Shown here piece by piece: positions 53,501-64,000 of a DNA stretch of 64,000 bases (the first letter of the stretch is position 1; each line of letters begins with the position of its first letter). The notes beneath the pieces were generated by a model. It did not search any database, had not been told where the DNA came from, and saw only the letters and a list, made by a program, of their open reading frames with translations. Origin of the DNA: Sphaerodactylus townsendi. Taxonomy: Eukaryota. The DNA is taken from NCBI RefSeq assembly GCF_021028975.2, contig NC_059434.1, forward strand, positions 61,504,001-61,568,000. The letters are read 5' to 3'. The translations under genes and the position numbers were made by a program.

Positions 53501-56003
53501 CTGCGGAATGATAGGAGCTTGGCCTCCTAAAGCTGGCCATTACACCAGGGAATCACAACAGAAAATTATCAAGTATGGGCACCTGACAATGTTACCCAGC
53601 TGCAAGGTGGGATCTTCAGAAGGCTTTATGCAGATGGTTGCAGCTGTTACAGTGTGCCAATGTGGTGCCACTGGGCACACAATTCAGATACATACATCGG
53701 CCCCATGTGGTAGAGGTCCCCTAAATGGAACTGCTGGACCACTCAATTAATCCCTGGATATGACCTCATATGGGTTGCATGCCCTATGGCAGCCCAACGG
53801 AACCTAATTTGTGTCTGAACTACGCCTTTTAAAATGCTAGTGGTGTTGTGGGTTGCGATATCAAAAGGTCAAAATTCTGTCAGAACATCTTATATGTTAA
53901 TTTTAAACTTACGATAAAGTGAAATTGGATAATATTTCCCAGTTACTTCCATCTTGTTTGTGTTTTTAAACTTTCAGATCCTTTGTTTCCTACACAATGT
54001 CAGTAGTTGCTGTAAATTTTGTCATCCCCTTGTCGGTCATGTTTTACTGTTACTACAATGTTTCACAAATCATGAAGCGGTATGCCAGAAGCAATTGTCT
54101 AGAAAGCATCAACACAGACTGGTCTGATCAAGCTGATGTAACCAAGGTATGGTTGTTTGGACAGTTCCTTTTCAGAGATGTGACTGGGGTATGTATGGCA
54201 TTCCTGCATGGATATACCTGTATAGAGCCTCATAGAAATGGTCCATGACTCACCTCAGTCTTCCTCTGAGAATTCTTCTTGTCACCCCAACTTTCCTCTC
54301 TTTTGTATTTCTGACAGGTTTTATAAGCCCTTAGGTCCTGCAGTGTGATGTTTCTATGAGCTGTACCATTCCCAGCTGACTGAATAGAAACATTATGGTG
54401 GAAGACAGACTTTTTCTATCCTGGGTTCTGAAGCCTGCCACTGACCCCAGAGTACCTGGGAAATGATCCCAAGAAAATAGACTTCCCCCCCCCCCCTCAA
54501 CCAAACTGTTTTTTATATCAAATACGGCTTTTTTTGGGTTGGATTTATGAATCATTGCAATGCAAATCAACAAATGTGGTGTATTTGTTATGTTTTGTCA
54601 GCATGCAAGTCATTTATAAAAATTTTGAAAAGCTGTTGAAGAGGAAAAAAATAAATTTAATAAGGCCTGCTCAAGCACAGATGATGATGAGTATCTGGAA
54701 CTGCTGGACTTCTGAAACCCATGCTAGAATTTAATAATGTGAATAATCCCAATCTCTTTTTTAAAGTTCTATGCATAGACTCCAATAGTTAAATACTTCT
54801 CTATCCCAAATCCTAAAAAATCCCATTTCTTAATAAGTGCCATTAAAATTAATGCCTATTTAAGAGCAAAAAAGAGGAATTAAAAATAAGAAAGATTAGG
54901 ATAAGAGGAGTAAGGAGCTGATTTCATAAATATATATGTTTTAACAGAAATACAAATATCAGTGACATGATAACAAACTCATTTTTCTCTTCTACAGATG
55001 TCTGTTGTCATGATTTTAATGTTTCTGCTGGCTTGGTCTCCATATTCTATTGTGTGTTTATGGGCATCCTTTGGAGATCCAAAGAAAATTTCTCCAGCCA
55101 TGGCGATCATAGCACCGCTCTTTGCCAAGTCATCCACATTTTATAATCCCTGTATTTATGTCATTGCAAACAAAAAGTAAGTGGTTCCTTTGGCTGAATA
55201 GGAAACCATGATAGACGGTGGAAATCCTTCCCTACAACCACAATTTAAGTGTTTGTTGATTCTTGGTAGTGTAGCCAACTCTTGGTTTGGATATTCCTAG
55301 AGATTTGGGGAACATCCTGAAGTGGGTGAAGTTTGGGGAGGGGAAGGAACTGAGCAGGGAAGTGATGTCATAGAGTCCACCTTCCAAAACTGCCATTTTC
55401 TCCAGGGAAGCTGATATCTATAGTCTGGAGATCAGCTGCAATTCTGGGAGATCTTCAGGCCCCACCTAGAGGTTGGTAATCCTGATTCTTGGCATTTCCA
55501 CAAATTGGGTGAGTGAGTAACAATGTGGCAAATGAAGGTCATTGTAGGTAAATATATGGGGATGCCTGCTGCAACAACCTCCCCCCCCCCTCCCCCCAAT
55601 AACTTCAAGCACATGCTAACAGGGTTTGAACTTTCTGAGACCTTTGGGCTCATAGTGGATAGCACAATGCAAATTTCAACCTGTTGTGCCACAGCAGTGA
55701 AAAAGGCAAATTCTATATTGGGAATTATTAATAGAAAATACATCTCAATCTTGAAGACTTATAACTGGAGAAACTGGTGATGGAGCCTAGGACCATCTGT
55801 ATGCCAAGCGGATGCTCTCTCACTAAACTATGGCCCCTTCCTTCAACATCTGAATGGATTTCCATTGTCCAACACTAAAAACATTTCTCCTTGCTGCAGG
55901 TTTTCGAAGGGCCATCCTTGCTATGGTTCGATGTCAGACGCAACCAGAGACAGCCGCTGCCAACGCTTTACCAATGAGCGTGTCTCAAAGCACAATCGCA
56001 TAA
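47502..56003 (+). CDS. RRH: Peropsin (RPE-derived rhodopsin homolog), 7 exons: 47502-47607, 50736-50926, 52075-52174, 53111-53264, 53978-54146, 54998-55176, 55900-56003. Extra T at 55901-55904 shifts the last exon as assembled.
   Basis: FTQTEHNIVAAYLITAG, NLAFTDIGVSGIGYPMSAASDLHG, DRY, YAPDPTGATCTVNW, AWSPYSIVCLW, retinal-binding FAKSSTFYNPCIY. The conserved tail FRRAILAMVRCQT...LPMSVSQSTIA* is reached only after removing one base. Confidence 0.93.
49075..49215. mobile_element. Harbinger-like palindromic MITE
   Basis: Same TIR family as 8729-8868. Confidence 0.7.
50112..50513. mobile_element. hAT non-autonomous element (shorter relative of 35750-36249)
   Basis: Perfect TSD CCCTAGGC; same TIRs and internal sequence. 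Confidence 0.9.
52713..52804. mobile_element. Penelope tail fragment fused to a Harbinger-like TIR
   Basis: Penelope arm ...CCTAACGTTTCGCCTGCAT joins TGCATTATTCTGCATGTGCGGAAGGGGCC. Confidence 0.7.
55600..55745 (+). mobile_element. CR1 LINE ORF2 fragment
   Basis: Translates GLIVDSTMQISTCCATAVKKANSILGIINR, a typical CR1 post-RT motif. Confidence 0.75.
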
Positions 56004-56686
56004 GGAAGCAGCTGGAAAACACTCCCACCGCCTTTACTCGCTCATATCATTTGCAAATTGATTCCCTGGAAAGAAAAGAGGGACCTATTTCACAAACAGA
56101 TTTGCTTCCTATCAAATGAATAGACTTCACAGATGATCAGATTGCAATATGCAGCTGTGTTATATGGAGTCAGACTATTCGTGCATCATGTTTGGGGTTA
56201 TCACCACACTGACTCTTTAGCAGATGGGTGACCAAGCATCCCTATCTCTTGCCATATCAGAAGCAGGAAATGTTGTTGATGTTGCACTGACTGCTACTAA
56301 TAGTAGTATTATACTAACAAAGGCTCATTCTGCACAGCACATTTATAACGAATTGCAATAATTAAAAATGAATTTGTTTTCCAGTTATAAAAAAGGGAAA
56401 ACGAGTTCATTTATAACAATTGCAAGTTGTTATAAATATGCTGAGTAGAATGAGCCAAAGAGATCTTTTTGCTTGCTCCTTTGTGAAACTGCTTAGAATT
56501 AAGTCATTTGAAGCCATTTCTACTGCTAGGATCAATCTGCTAGGATGCCCTTTCTAATCTTTAAATGGCTTAAAAGGTTTTGACAAATCTATGGATGATA
56601 GGTTTATCAATGACTAGTGACCATTAAGGCGAGATGGAACCTCCATATTAGAGTGTAGTATTTGTTTGAATATCAATTGCTGTGGG

Positions 56687-56758
56687 CAGTGGTGGGATTC
56701 AGCAGGTCCGCACCTCTTTGGCAGAACCGGTTGTTAAATGATTTGAATCCCACCACTG
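56687..56758. mobile_element. 72-bp internally deleted hAT MITE nested in a CR1 3' fragment (~56560-56890)
   Basis: Perfect TSD GCTGTGGG; TIRs as in 5328-5428. Confidence 0.88.
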
Positions 56759-57796
56759 GCTGTGGGGCAACGACAAGGGAAGGTTTAGCCTCTGTGCTTG
56801 TAGGCCTTCTGCTTGGCTACTGTAGGAAACAGGATGCTGACCTAGATGGAAATTTGGTCTGATTCAGCAGGGCTGCTGTAATATTCTTAGCATCTAAAAT
56901 AAAACAAAATCTGGATTGTTTTTGTTTTGTTCTTTTCCATAGTTATTAATACTGAATAGATTTTGGACATGTCAGGTGAAAGAAATTATGATCAAGGTTG
57001 GGAGGAAAGAAAAATGAAGCAAGCATGTAAACTACACTACAGCAAATAATATAATTTCTTTGGTTGTTCATGTCTCATTTCTCTGAAGGCAGTCAAATAG
57101 TGGCACTGATTATACTTTCTGTTACTGGATCTTGTTGGTTTCATTGCTACTAAACATAATGATCTCCATTGAAAACAATGCTCAGAAATTATGTAACTAT
57201 AGCTGATAGGTAGTCTGTGGTGAAAAGCAAATGTCTGATTGTTTTGGAAGAGGAGCGAAGGATAAACTGTTTAAGTTTCCGACCAATCAGAGGCAACTTT
57301 TCAAGATTATTGTGCTCGATTGCCTATGGGGACCATCTGCTGCTAATTTTCAGTACACTTCATTAAAGCTTAGTTCTGTTTTCAAAAATTATGTCCTATC
57401 TGTATATTCATGTTACATTTATTCAGCCATTACTTTGAAATAAATAAGATTTTTTAAAAAATTACGCATGTGCAGATCACGGAAAATATTTTGTATCTGG
57501 GCCGTTGAACTGTCTGCAGCTACATATATGTGATTTTGCATTGTATAGTTATTCAACCTATAGAACAGATGTTTCAATGATAAAATGGATGCTGCTGTCA
57601 TTATTTTAACCTGTGGCATGCTCTAGTTCTAAAGTACTTTTTATTTTCAGTATTTAATTTGCTGTTAAAGGAATCCTGCTTCAAAAAGATGCCATTTAAA
57701 GGGAAAATGTTCCACCTTGGATATAGTGTAGAAGAAGCTGTGTCATCTGATCCATTGCAGTATACATTTGAAGGTTAAGTAACTGTAGATCTCGGC

Positions 57797-57812
57797 TAAT
57801 CCAGTGTAATCT
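57797..57812 (+). promoter_or_regulatory. Paired CRX/OTX2-type (K50 homeodomain) sites upstream of LRIT3
   Basis: TAATCC 57797-57802 and TAATCT 57807-57812, ~110-125 bp before the ATG of a retina-expressed gene. Confidence 0.45.
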
Positions 57813-57920
57813 GCTCTTACTGAATGGCTCTCTGCATTCACCACCATAGCACACACTGAGAGTGTTTAGGAATAAAAAAATTTAGAGTTCTGGAAATATC
57901 CACTGTGTTGAAAGGAAGAC

Positions 57921-60900
57921 ATGTATCTGGTCGCTGCTGCCTGTCTCATGCTGAGCTTTTGGGAAGAAGTGGACAGCTTCTGTCCGTCTCAATGCACTTG
58001 CATTTATCATGGCAGAAGCGACGGCACCGGAACAAGGTAGGTTGCTTTTCATGGCAAATGTCCGACAAGTCAGTTATCTAACGGACCAGATTTAGAATAG
58101 CAAACTCTGAAGGGCAAATTATGACACTTCATTTAATTAACAAATTGTTACTGCATCGATATGTCAGGAAAAGGATTTGTATTTTTGCCACAACTTTCTC
58201 GAGAATGACTTGCATGGACCAGAGTAGGTTGCCATGAAATCTGAATTGACCGTATGCAGCACTCAGAGGTCTGAAATGACAGAGGAAAGGAATGGGCCTG
58301 CAGCCCATGCCTTTGAGAAATGCCGGTACTTTGATGCTTAGTATCCATCAGCTGATGATGGTGAATTGTTGTCACTGCACATTTTTGTAGTGCAATTCAA
58401 CTATCCAGCAAAGGGGAGCATTCAACTGAGTCCTAGCTGCTGTACAGCATAGGAGGCATTGCTGGAGCTCAGCACCACTCGGCACAATTCTGAGGAGAAA
58501 ATAAAAGGTGCCAAAAGACCCTCACTATCTAGCTATTTTTTGACATTTTTTTTCTGGCCAGTCATTCATTAGAGAAGCACCATTGGACAAGGGGGAAATG
58601 ATCTATTCCAAACGCTGTGGAAACAGTTGGGTTCACTAACTTTGCTGTTTCTCCCTTGGGAACACATATGTGGCGAGAGGAAGAGTGACGTAGCATGCAG
58701 TCCCCTGCAGTCAATACATAAAAAGGCACATTACCCTTCAAATTATTCTTCAGTTTCTGAATCAGGGTCAATTTTTCTAAACTAGTGCCAAGTAAATTTG
58801 GGGAAGGGTTGTGGTGGCTTTTGTGTTTCACTAACAGCTGGCTGCAATTGTGATATGGACAGTTTGCAAAGCCAATTTCAGTTGTTGGTTTTCCCTCACT
58901 GGAGTCCGGTCGAGGACTTCATACCTTGAAGCAGTTGTATCTATAAGGCTGCTGATGTAGTTTTTTATTGCACATTTTTGTTACTTTCAGTTGATTGTAC
59001 CCAGTTTGTGATTGAAAGGATGCAGGAGTGTAGTTGAGGTTAGAAAAACAACATATCAGATTTCCCCATCTGTCAAAAAGAATGCTTTTTAAATTCACAG
59101 TTCAACCCTTGAAGTAAAACTTCCTTGATTCCCCAGCTTCGAGGAAAATAATGAGAACGCTGCTATTTCCAGAGCATGTGAAAATCATTACTTTAGGACT
59201 GTGTTACATTCCCCCTGCTCTAAAGCCAGCTCTAAAGAATTATGAAAGTTTTGGCTTTATGACTCGATCATTTTTGCACGCTGTGTCTCATCTTTCCGAA
59301 AGCATTGGCTGGAAACAATAAAATGTGGCTTCCAGGCAAAACAGAAGTTTGGAAATCTTCCCTCCAGAAAAATGCTTGTAAATGCATATGTTGTTGTTCC
59401 TGAGGTATATCCTTAAAGTATGTATTTACACAGTCAGAGTTTTTACAGTGGCTCTTGTGTTTGCACAGGTTCCATTTTCACTATTTCTTGAAATAATCCT
59501 ATGGTGACCTCATTAGGATTTCTCTGGAGCAAGTGAGTTGAGACTCATGTAATTAGACTTTGTACACCGAACCCCGGCACATGTGCAGCTTCCATAGAAA
59601 GCTACCATAGCTCCTACCCTTAGAGACCTATGTGGGAGGCGTACGTCATAATCCTCAACAATATGTTTAGAAGATACAGTTTAGCTGTGGCTTAAATGTA
59701 TGCTTTATTCCACTAGCAATATTGGATGCCCTAAAGATGTGGCATGCAGAGAAACGTTTGTATCAAAATTGGATTAAACTGAGCTGCCTGCTGCCGGTGC
59801 TGCTGCATTCCATACTGGAACAGCAATCTCAGGCCAGAGTAAAAAAGAAGAATACCAAGCAGGGCTGTGAGTCATGTGGAATGGCTTGCTCAATTATTTA
59901 TATCTGTCTTCCCTCCAAGGAATGTAGGATAGTATGCACGTTTCTGCTACTTGGTCCTCATAATTCCTAGCCTGGCTCTATCCACTATACCACAGTGGCT
60001 CTCTAAGTGCTTTTCCCTATACCTAGTCTCTGTTTTTAGCAGGACAGTCATGCTACTCTTTTACTGGAAGACAAAAAAGGGGGCCTTGCTGGCACCAGAA
60101 AAGCAGCCTCTGCTTGTGACATTTGGTAGGTTGAATTTACACAGACAGTGTAAGAACATTTCTTATTTATACATTTGTAGCCTGCCTTTCTCACTGAGTC
60201 TCAAGGTGGATTACACAGAGTCAATGCAATTAACAAGATGGAACATTCAATAAACAATTAATTAGGATTAAGGTTGCCAGACCCCTGGCAGGAATCCCCC
60301 AATTTGAGCCCCCTCCCTCAACATCATATAGCTGGTTGGTTCGGGTCTTACTAGAATTAAAATGAGACCCTGACAGTGTGATGACATCACTTCTGGAAGT
60401 GTTGCCATAACATTGGCTATGTCAGAGGAGACACTGTTGTTTGGACAAACCTCAATGATAAAAACAGCCTCTACTACAGAATGTTTGCCCAAATATTAGA
60501 GTGTCTCCCTTAGCATTGCTGATGTGACAATGTCACTTCTGGAAGTGATGTCAGCGCTGGATTCCCTCAGCATCTGTTAAGTCTCTCCCATCCTCCACAT
60601 GTTGCCTGAACCTGGCAACCCGAATTAAGATTTGAGTTGTAGAACCAACCAGAAGTCTAAAAAACAAAACTGAAGCAAAGCATAATGACATGTTAAATGA
60701 TGCAAAATTACATAGTAAAATCAGCTCACAGCAAACTATGCAGAGTTGTATAGAGCACAGTCCCTAATCATTTATCCAGGTAACTTTGTGAAGCATTTTG
60801 TATTCCTCCTTCCCCCCTGACTTAAAAAAAACATTGTTTGGTCATGGTAAGGGATTTTGCACCGGGCTACATTTTCCCTAGATACGCCTCTGCTGGTAAA

Positions 60901-63390
60901 ATTGGGCTATACCATACTACCTTCCCCACCATTCAGAGGTTTACTACCTCTGACTGTGGAGGTTCCTTTTACTCACTATAGTTAGGAGTCACTGATAGAC
61001 CTGCTTTCCATGAATCTAACTAATCCCCTCTTAAAGCCATCTATGCTTGTAGCTATCATTATATTTTTTGGCAGTGAATCACACATTTTAATCACCTGTT
61101 GGGTAAAGAAGTGTTTCCTTTCGCTCATCCTGAATCTATTGCCCACTGATTTTGTCGGGTGCTTCTGATTTCTGGCATTTTGAGAGAGGGAGAAAAACTC
61201 CTTCTGTTTGCTTTCTCCACCCCCCCCCCCATCCCCCTCTTAACTGTCTTTTTCTAAACTAAAAACTCCCAGATTCTTCAGCCTTTTCTCATGAACCCCT
61301 AATCTCGATCGCCCTCTTCTGTACTTTTTCCAGCAGTGGGAAAAGACTCTGTAAGTGCTGGCAGGCAGGGCTGGAGCAAGGGGGAACTGCGTCTGGGGCA
61401 CGCGTGTGCCTAGCCCCTGCCCCGGGGTGCACCCGGTACATCACTCACCCTTATCCCCTTGGCGCTACGCCACTGCTGGCAGGTAAGTGGCAGGAAGTTG
61501 GATTTCCTAGCTCTTTGATTCTATAACAATGAAAACTGATTCCATATCCACTACATTACAATGAAGAGGGCATCTGAATTCTATTGCTTAGACAAGCATT
61601 TGCTCACTCTGTATTTCACTGTGTAATTATGAAAAAAGTTTATTTTTCTCATTATGTACATCCCTTCAAACTGTCAACTTTCTTTTTGGAAAGCTAGTCG
61701 TAGTGAGGCAAGTTATTCTTGTAATCTACCTGGCCAGTGACATCACCATGTTTAGTTTTAGAGTCCTCCTTTCATGAAAACATCTTTCCTGATTCAGTGT
61801 CATTAATCCGAGGCACGGCTAGCACTGTTCCTTAAATGCGCAAAGCCACTGTGTGGCTGAGGAACCACAACAATCCAACAAACGTTTCGAAGTTTTTATG
61901 TAGGGGAGCTACATATGTAGTTGTAAACTGTTTACAGCATATGATACAGATCTTCCTGAGGCTGAAGACAAATCTTTTTAAATTGGCTTCTCTCCTCAGC
62001 AGTGGCAACTGTTATGAATGGCAATGTGCTACCAAGCATGGTTTCCTCTCTTGCAGGTACATTACTTGTTGGGATCACGATTCCAAGTCTTTACTACCAG
62101 TTTGTTGAACATTATAGTCCCAATCTTCTAAATTCTAAAGCAGGGGTAGGGAATGTCCAACCTGTGGGACGTATAAGGCCCATGAAATCATTTGGTCTGG
62201 CCCATTTCCACGCATCCCTCCCACACTCAAAAATTGGGTACATCAAGAAGACAATGAGGAGGAGGAAGAGTTAGGGGTGGGGTTTACCCTATGTCTTAGT
62301 CCCAGCCTGCCACCATCTTGTTTCACCACCACTTCGTGCTCACTCCATCTGTCACAACCCGCCCCCCTCGTTTTTGCCAGAAACGCGCTGCGAGACCTGC
62401 TTTGGGGGCTGAGGCTGCCAAAGCACGGCAAGAGCCATGGATGCTAATTCCGCCAGATGAAGGTGTGAAAGCAAGGGGAGGGGTAATGAGGAGGAGCAGT
62501 GGTTGAGCTCTTCCATTCCCCTTCCCCTTCTGATGCTGCCATTTGCCCTCTCTGGCTTGCTGCTGGTTGGAATTGGGTCTTGCCAAGTGTTTTAATTGGC
62601 AGGCAGTGGGGAAGGTGGGTCGATGATGCTTTCGCCCAGTGATTGGGTGAACATCAGCAGAGGGCCGCGGAGAGGACAGAATAGAGCTGAAATGAATTAC
62701 TGGGGGGCATGGCCTTTGGATAATTTTGTATGGCCCGCGAATGATGTTATAAATATCCAAGTTGGCAGAAAAAAGGTTCCCCACTCATGTTATAAAGGGT
62801 TTGGTCATGACAGAATGCAGTATAAGGACCATATGTTGATTACCAGCATTTACTAATAGCAATTGACATAGAGGGAAAATAAATAAATTGATTAACAGTT
62901 ATCTCATTGTATGTTATTAGGTCTGTGCTGTGTAATGATCCTGATATGTTTGAGATCCCTGTCAATGTTCCTGTGGACACCATAAAACTACGGATAGAAA
63001 AGACAGTGATACGAAAGATTCCAGCAGAAGCCTTTTACTACTTGGTGGATCTCAAATACCTGTGGCTTACCTACAACAGTGTGGCTAGCATTGACACCAG
63101 CAGTTTTTATAACTTAAAGCAGTTGCATGAGTTGCGTCTCGATGGGAATTTGCTGTCAAGTTTCCCTTGGGAATCTTTGGCCGAAATGCCCAATTTACGA
63201 ACCCTCGATTTACACAACAATAAAGTGACTAGCATTCCGGCTGAGGCTGGAAAATACCTGAGAAACCTCACTTACCTGGACGTATCCAGCAATAAATTAA
63301 CGACCTTGTCATCAGACCTCATGGATGTTTGGCCTCCTTTTTCTGAAGCACCCAGAAACATTGACTCAGCAACCCAGAGGATCATATTAG
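57921..63390 (+). CDS. LRIT3: Leucine-rich repeat, Ig-like and transmembrane domain protein 3, partial: exons 57921-58036 and 62921-63390; remainder beyond window
   Basis: Signal peptide plus FCPSQCTCIYHGRSDGTGTR|SVLCNDPDM; LRRs (LKYLWLTYNSV, LHELRLDGNLL, LRTLDLHNNKV, LTYLDVSSNKL); syntenic position after RRH. Confidence 0.94.
60269..60623. mobile_element. hAT-type element with TAGGGTTGCCA-like TIRs
   Basis: TAAGGTTGCCAG...CTGGCAACCCGA; TSD ATTAGGAT/ATTAAGAT. Related fragments at ~16255-16445, ~31600-31720, ~55265-55482. Confidence 0.7.
60930..61335 (-). mobile_element. CR1 LINE 3' fragment
   Basis: AATCCCCTCTTAAAGCCATC...GGCAGTGAATC...AAAGAAGTGTTTCCTT, the reverse complement of a CR1 3' end. 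Confidence 0.65.
61366..61475. mobile_element. hAT MITE (110 bp)
   Basis: Perfect TSD CTGGCAGG; termini CAGGGCTGGAGC/GCTACGCCACTG. Confidence 0.8.
62141..62789. mobile_element. hAT non-autonomous element in LRIT3 intron 1
   Basis: TSD TTCTAAAG/TTATAAAG; ends homologous to 40304-40764. Confidence 0.75.
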
Positions 63391-64000
63391 GTAAGCCTGT
63401 GAATATTTTGACTTTCTTCCTCTGAACTTTGTCAACTGATCAGTACCGAGGTGATCCCTGGTCTACAGAATGATTCAACTGCCCACATTCTTACCCTGTT
63501 GAAAAAGAGAGCTGGTCATACTTCCTTCATATTTATTTAGTTTTATCGGGGGAGATTCTACCCCTCTCCCATCACTCCACTGAGCTTTCCTCCAGTCTGA
63601 CATTGAAGGCTTCTTCCAGCCCAAGAAGTCTTCTTCCATCTTTAGTGGCTCTTCTGTTGGAAAAAAAAATGCCACTTGAGTTGGACAAAGAGTCCTTGAG
63701 AGACAGTTGGACCCACCCCATTTATTATTATCACTGTTGTTGATGATAACAATTTATTTTGTAATTTTTATTGTGCCCTTATTCTAAGGTTGGCATATAT
63801 CTCAGGATAGCATATATTGTTCTCCGTCACTCTTTTATCCTTGCAAGAGTTGGATGAATCTCTAACCATTTCACAACAATGGCTTCCAAGTTTCTCCTTT
63901 TGCCAATTGGGTGTCTTAATGCTAAACTGGAAACATGAATGATCATTGCTCTATAATGTTCTCTCACATTCAGGTGGGCCCCGTGATTCCTACAGTTTAT

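Noticed and set aside
63971-64000. Possible start of LRIT3 exon 3 (cag|GTGGGCCC)
   Set aside because: Translates GGPRDSYSL rather than the expected LRRCT start (GLQDNPWxCDC-like).

Overview
Vertebrate genomic DNA. The SINE/MITE/Penelope repertoire suggests a squamate, probably a gecko (inference). It carries the conserved block PLA2G12A(-) - CFI(-) - GAR1(+) - RRH/peropsin(+) - LRIT3(+, first two coding exons only), the same order as human 4q25. I walked the coding exons by hand using GT-AG boundaries and phase. PLA2G12A (190 aa), CFI (583 aa) and GAR1 (209 aa) are intact. RRH carries a +1 T frameshift at the start of its last exon as assembled. The first ~4 kb is the 3' end of an LTR retroelement (PPT plus 777-bp LTR) with no recognisable pol/env just upstream. 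Introns and intergenic DNA hold tRNA-derived SINEs, L2/CR1 fragments, several hAT and Harbinger-like MITE families, and four Penelope-like terminal fragments. Points of most interest: minimal type-I hammerhead ribozyme motifs in the Penelope tails, the RRH frameshift, a U12-type intron in GAR1 with a duplicated branch-site region, the unusual LTR-element 3' region, and a 21-nt stop-containing micro-exon candidate in CFI. Most short ORFs in the supplied track are incidental.
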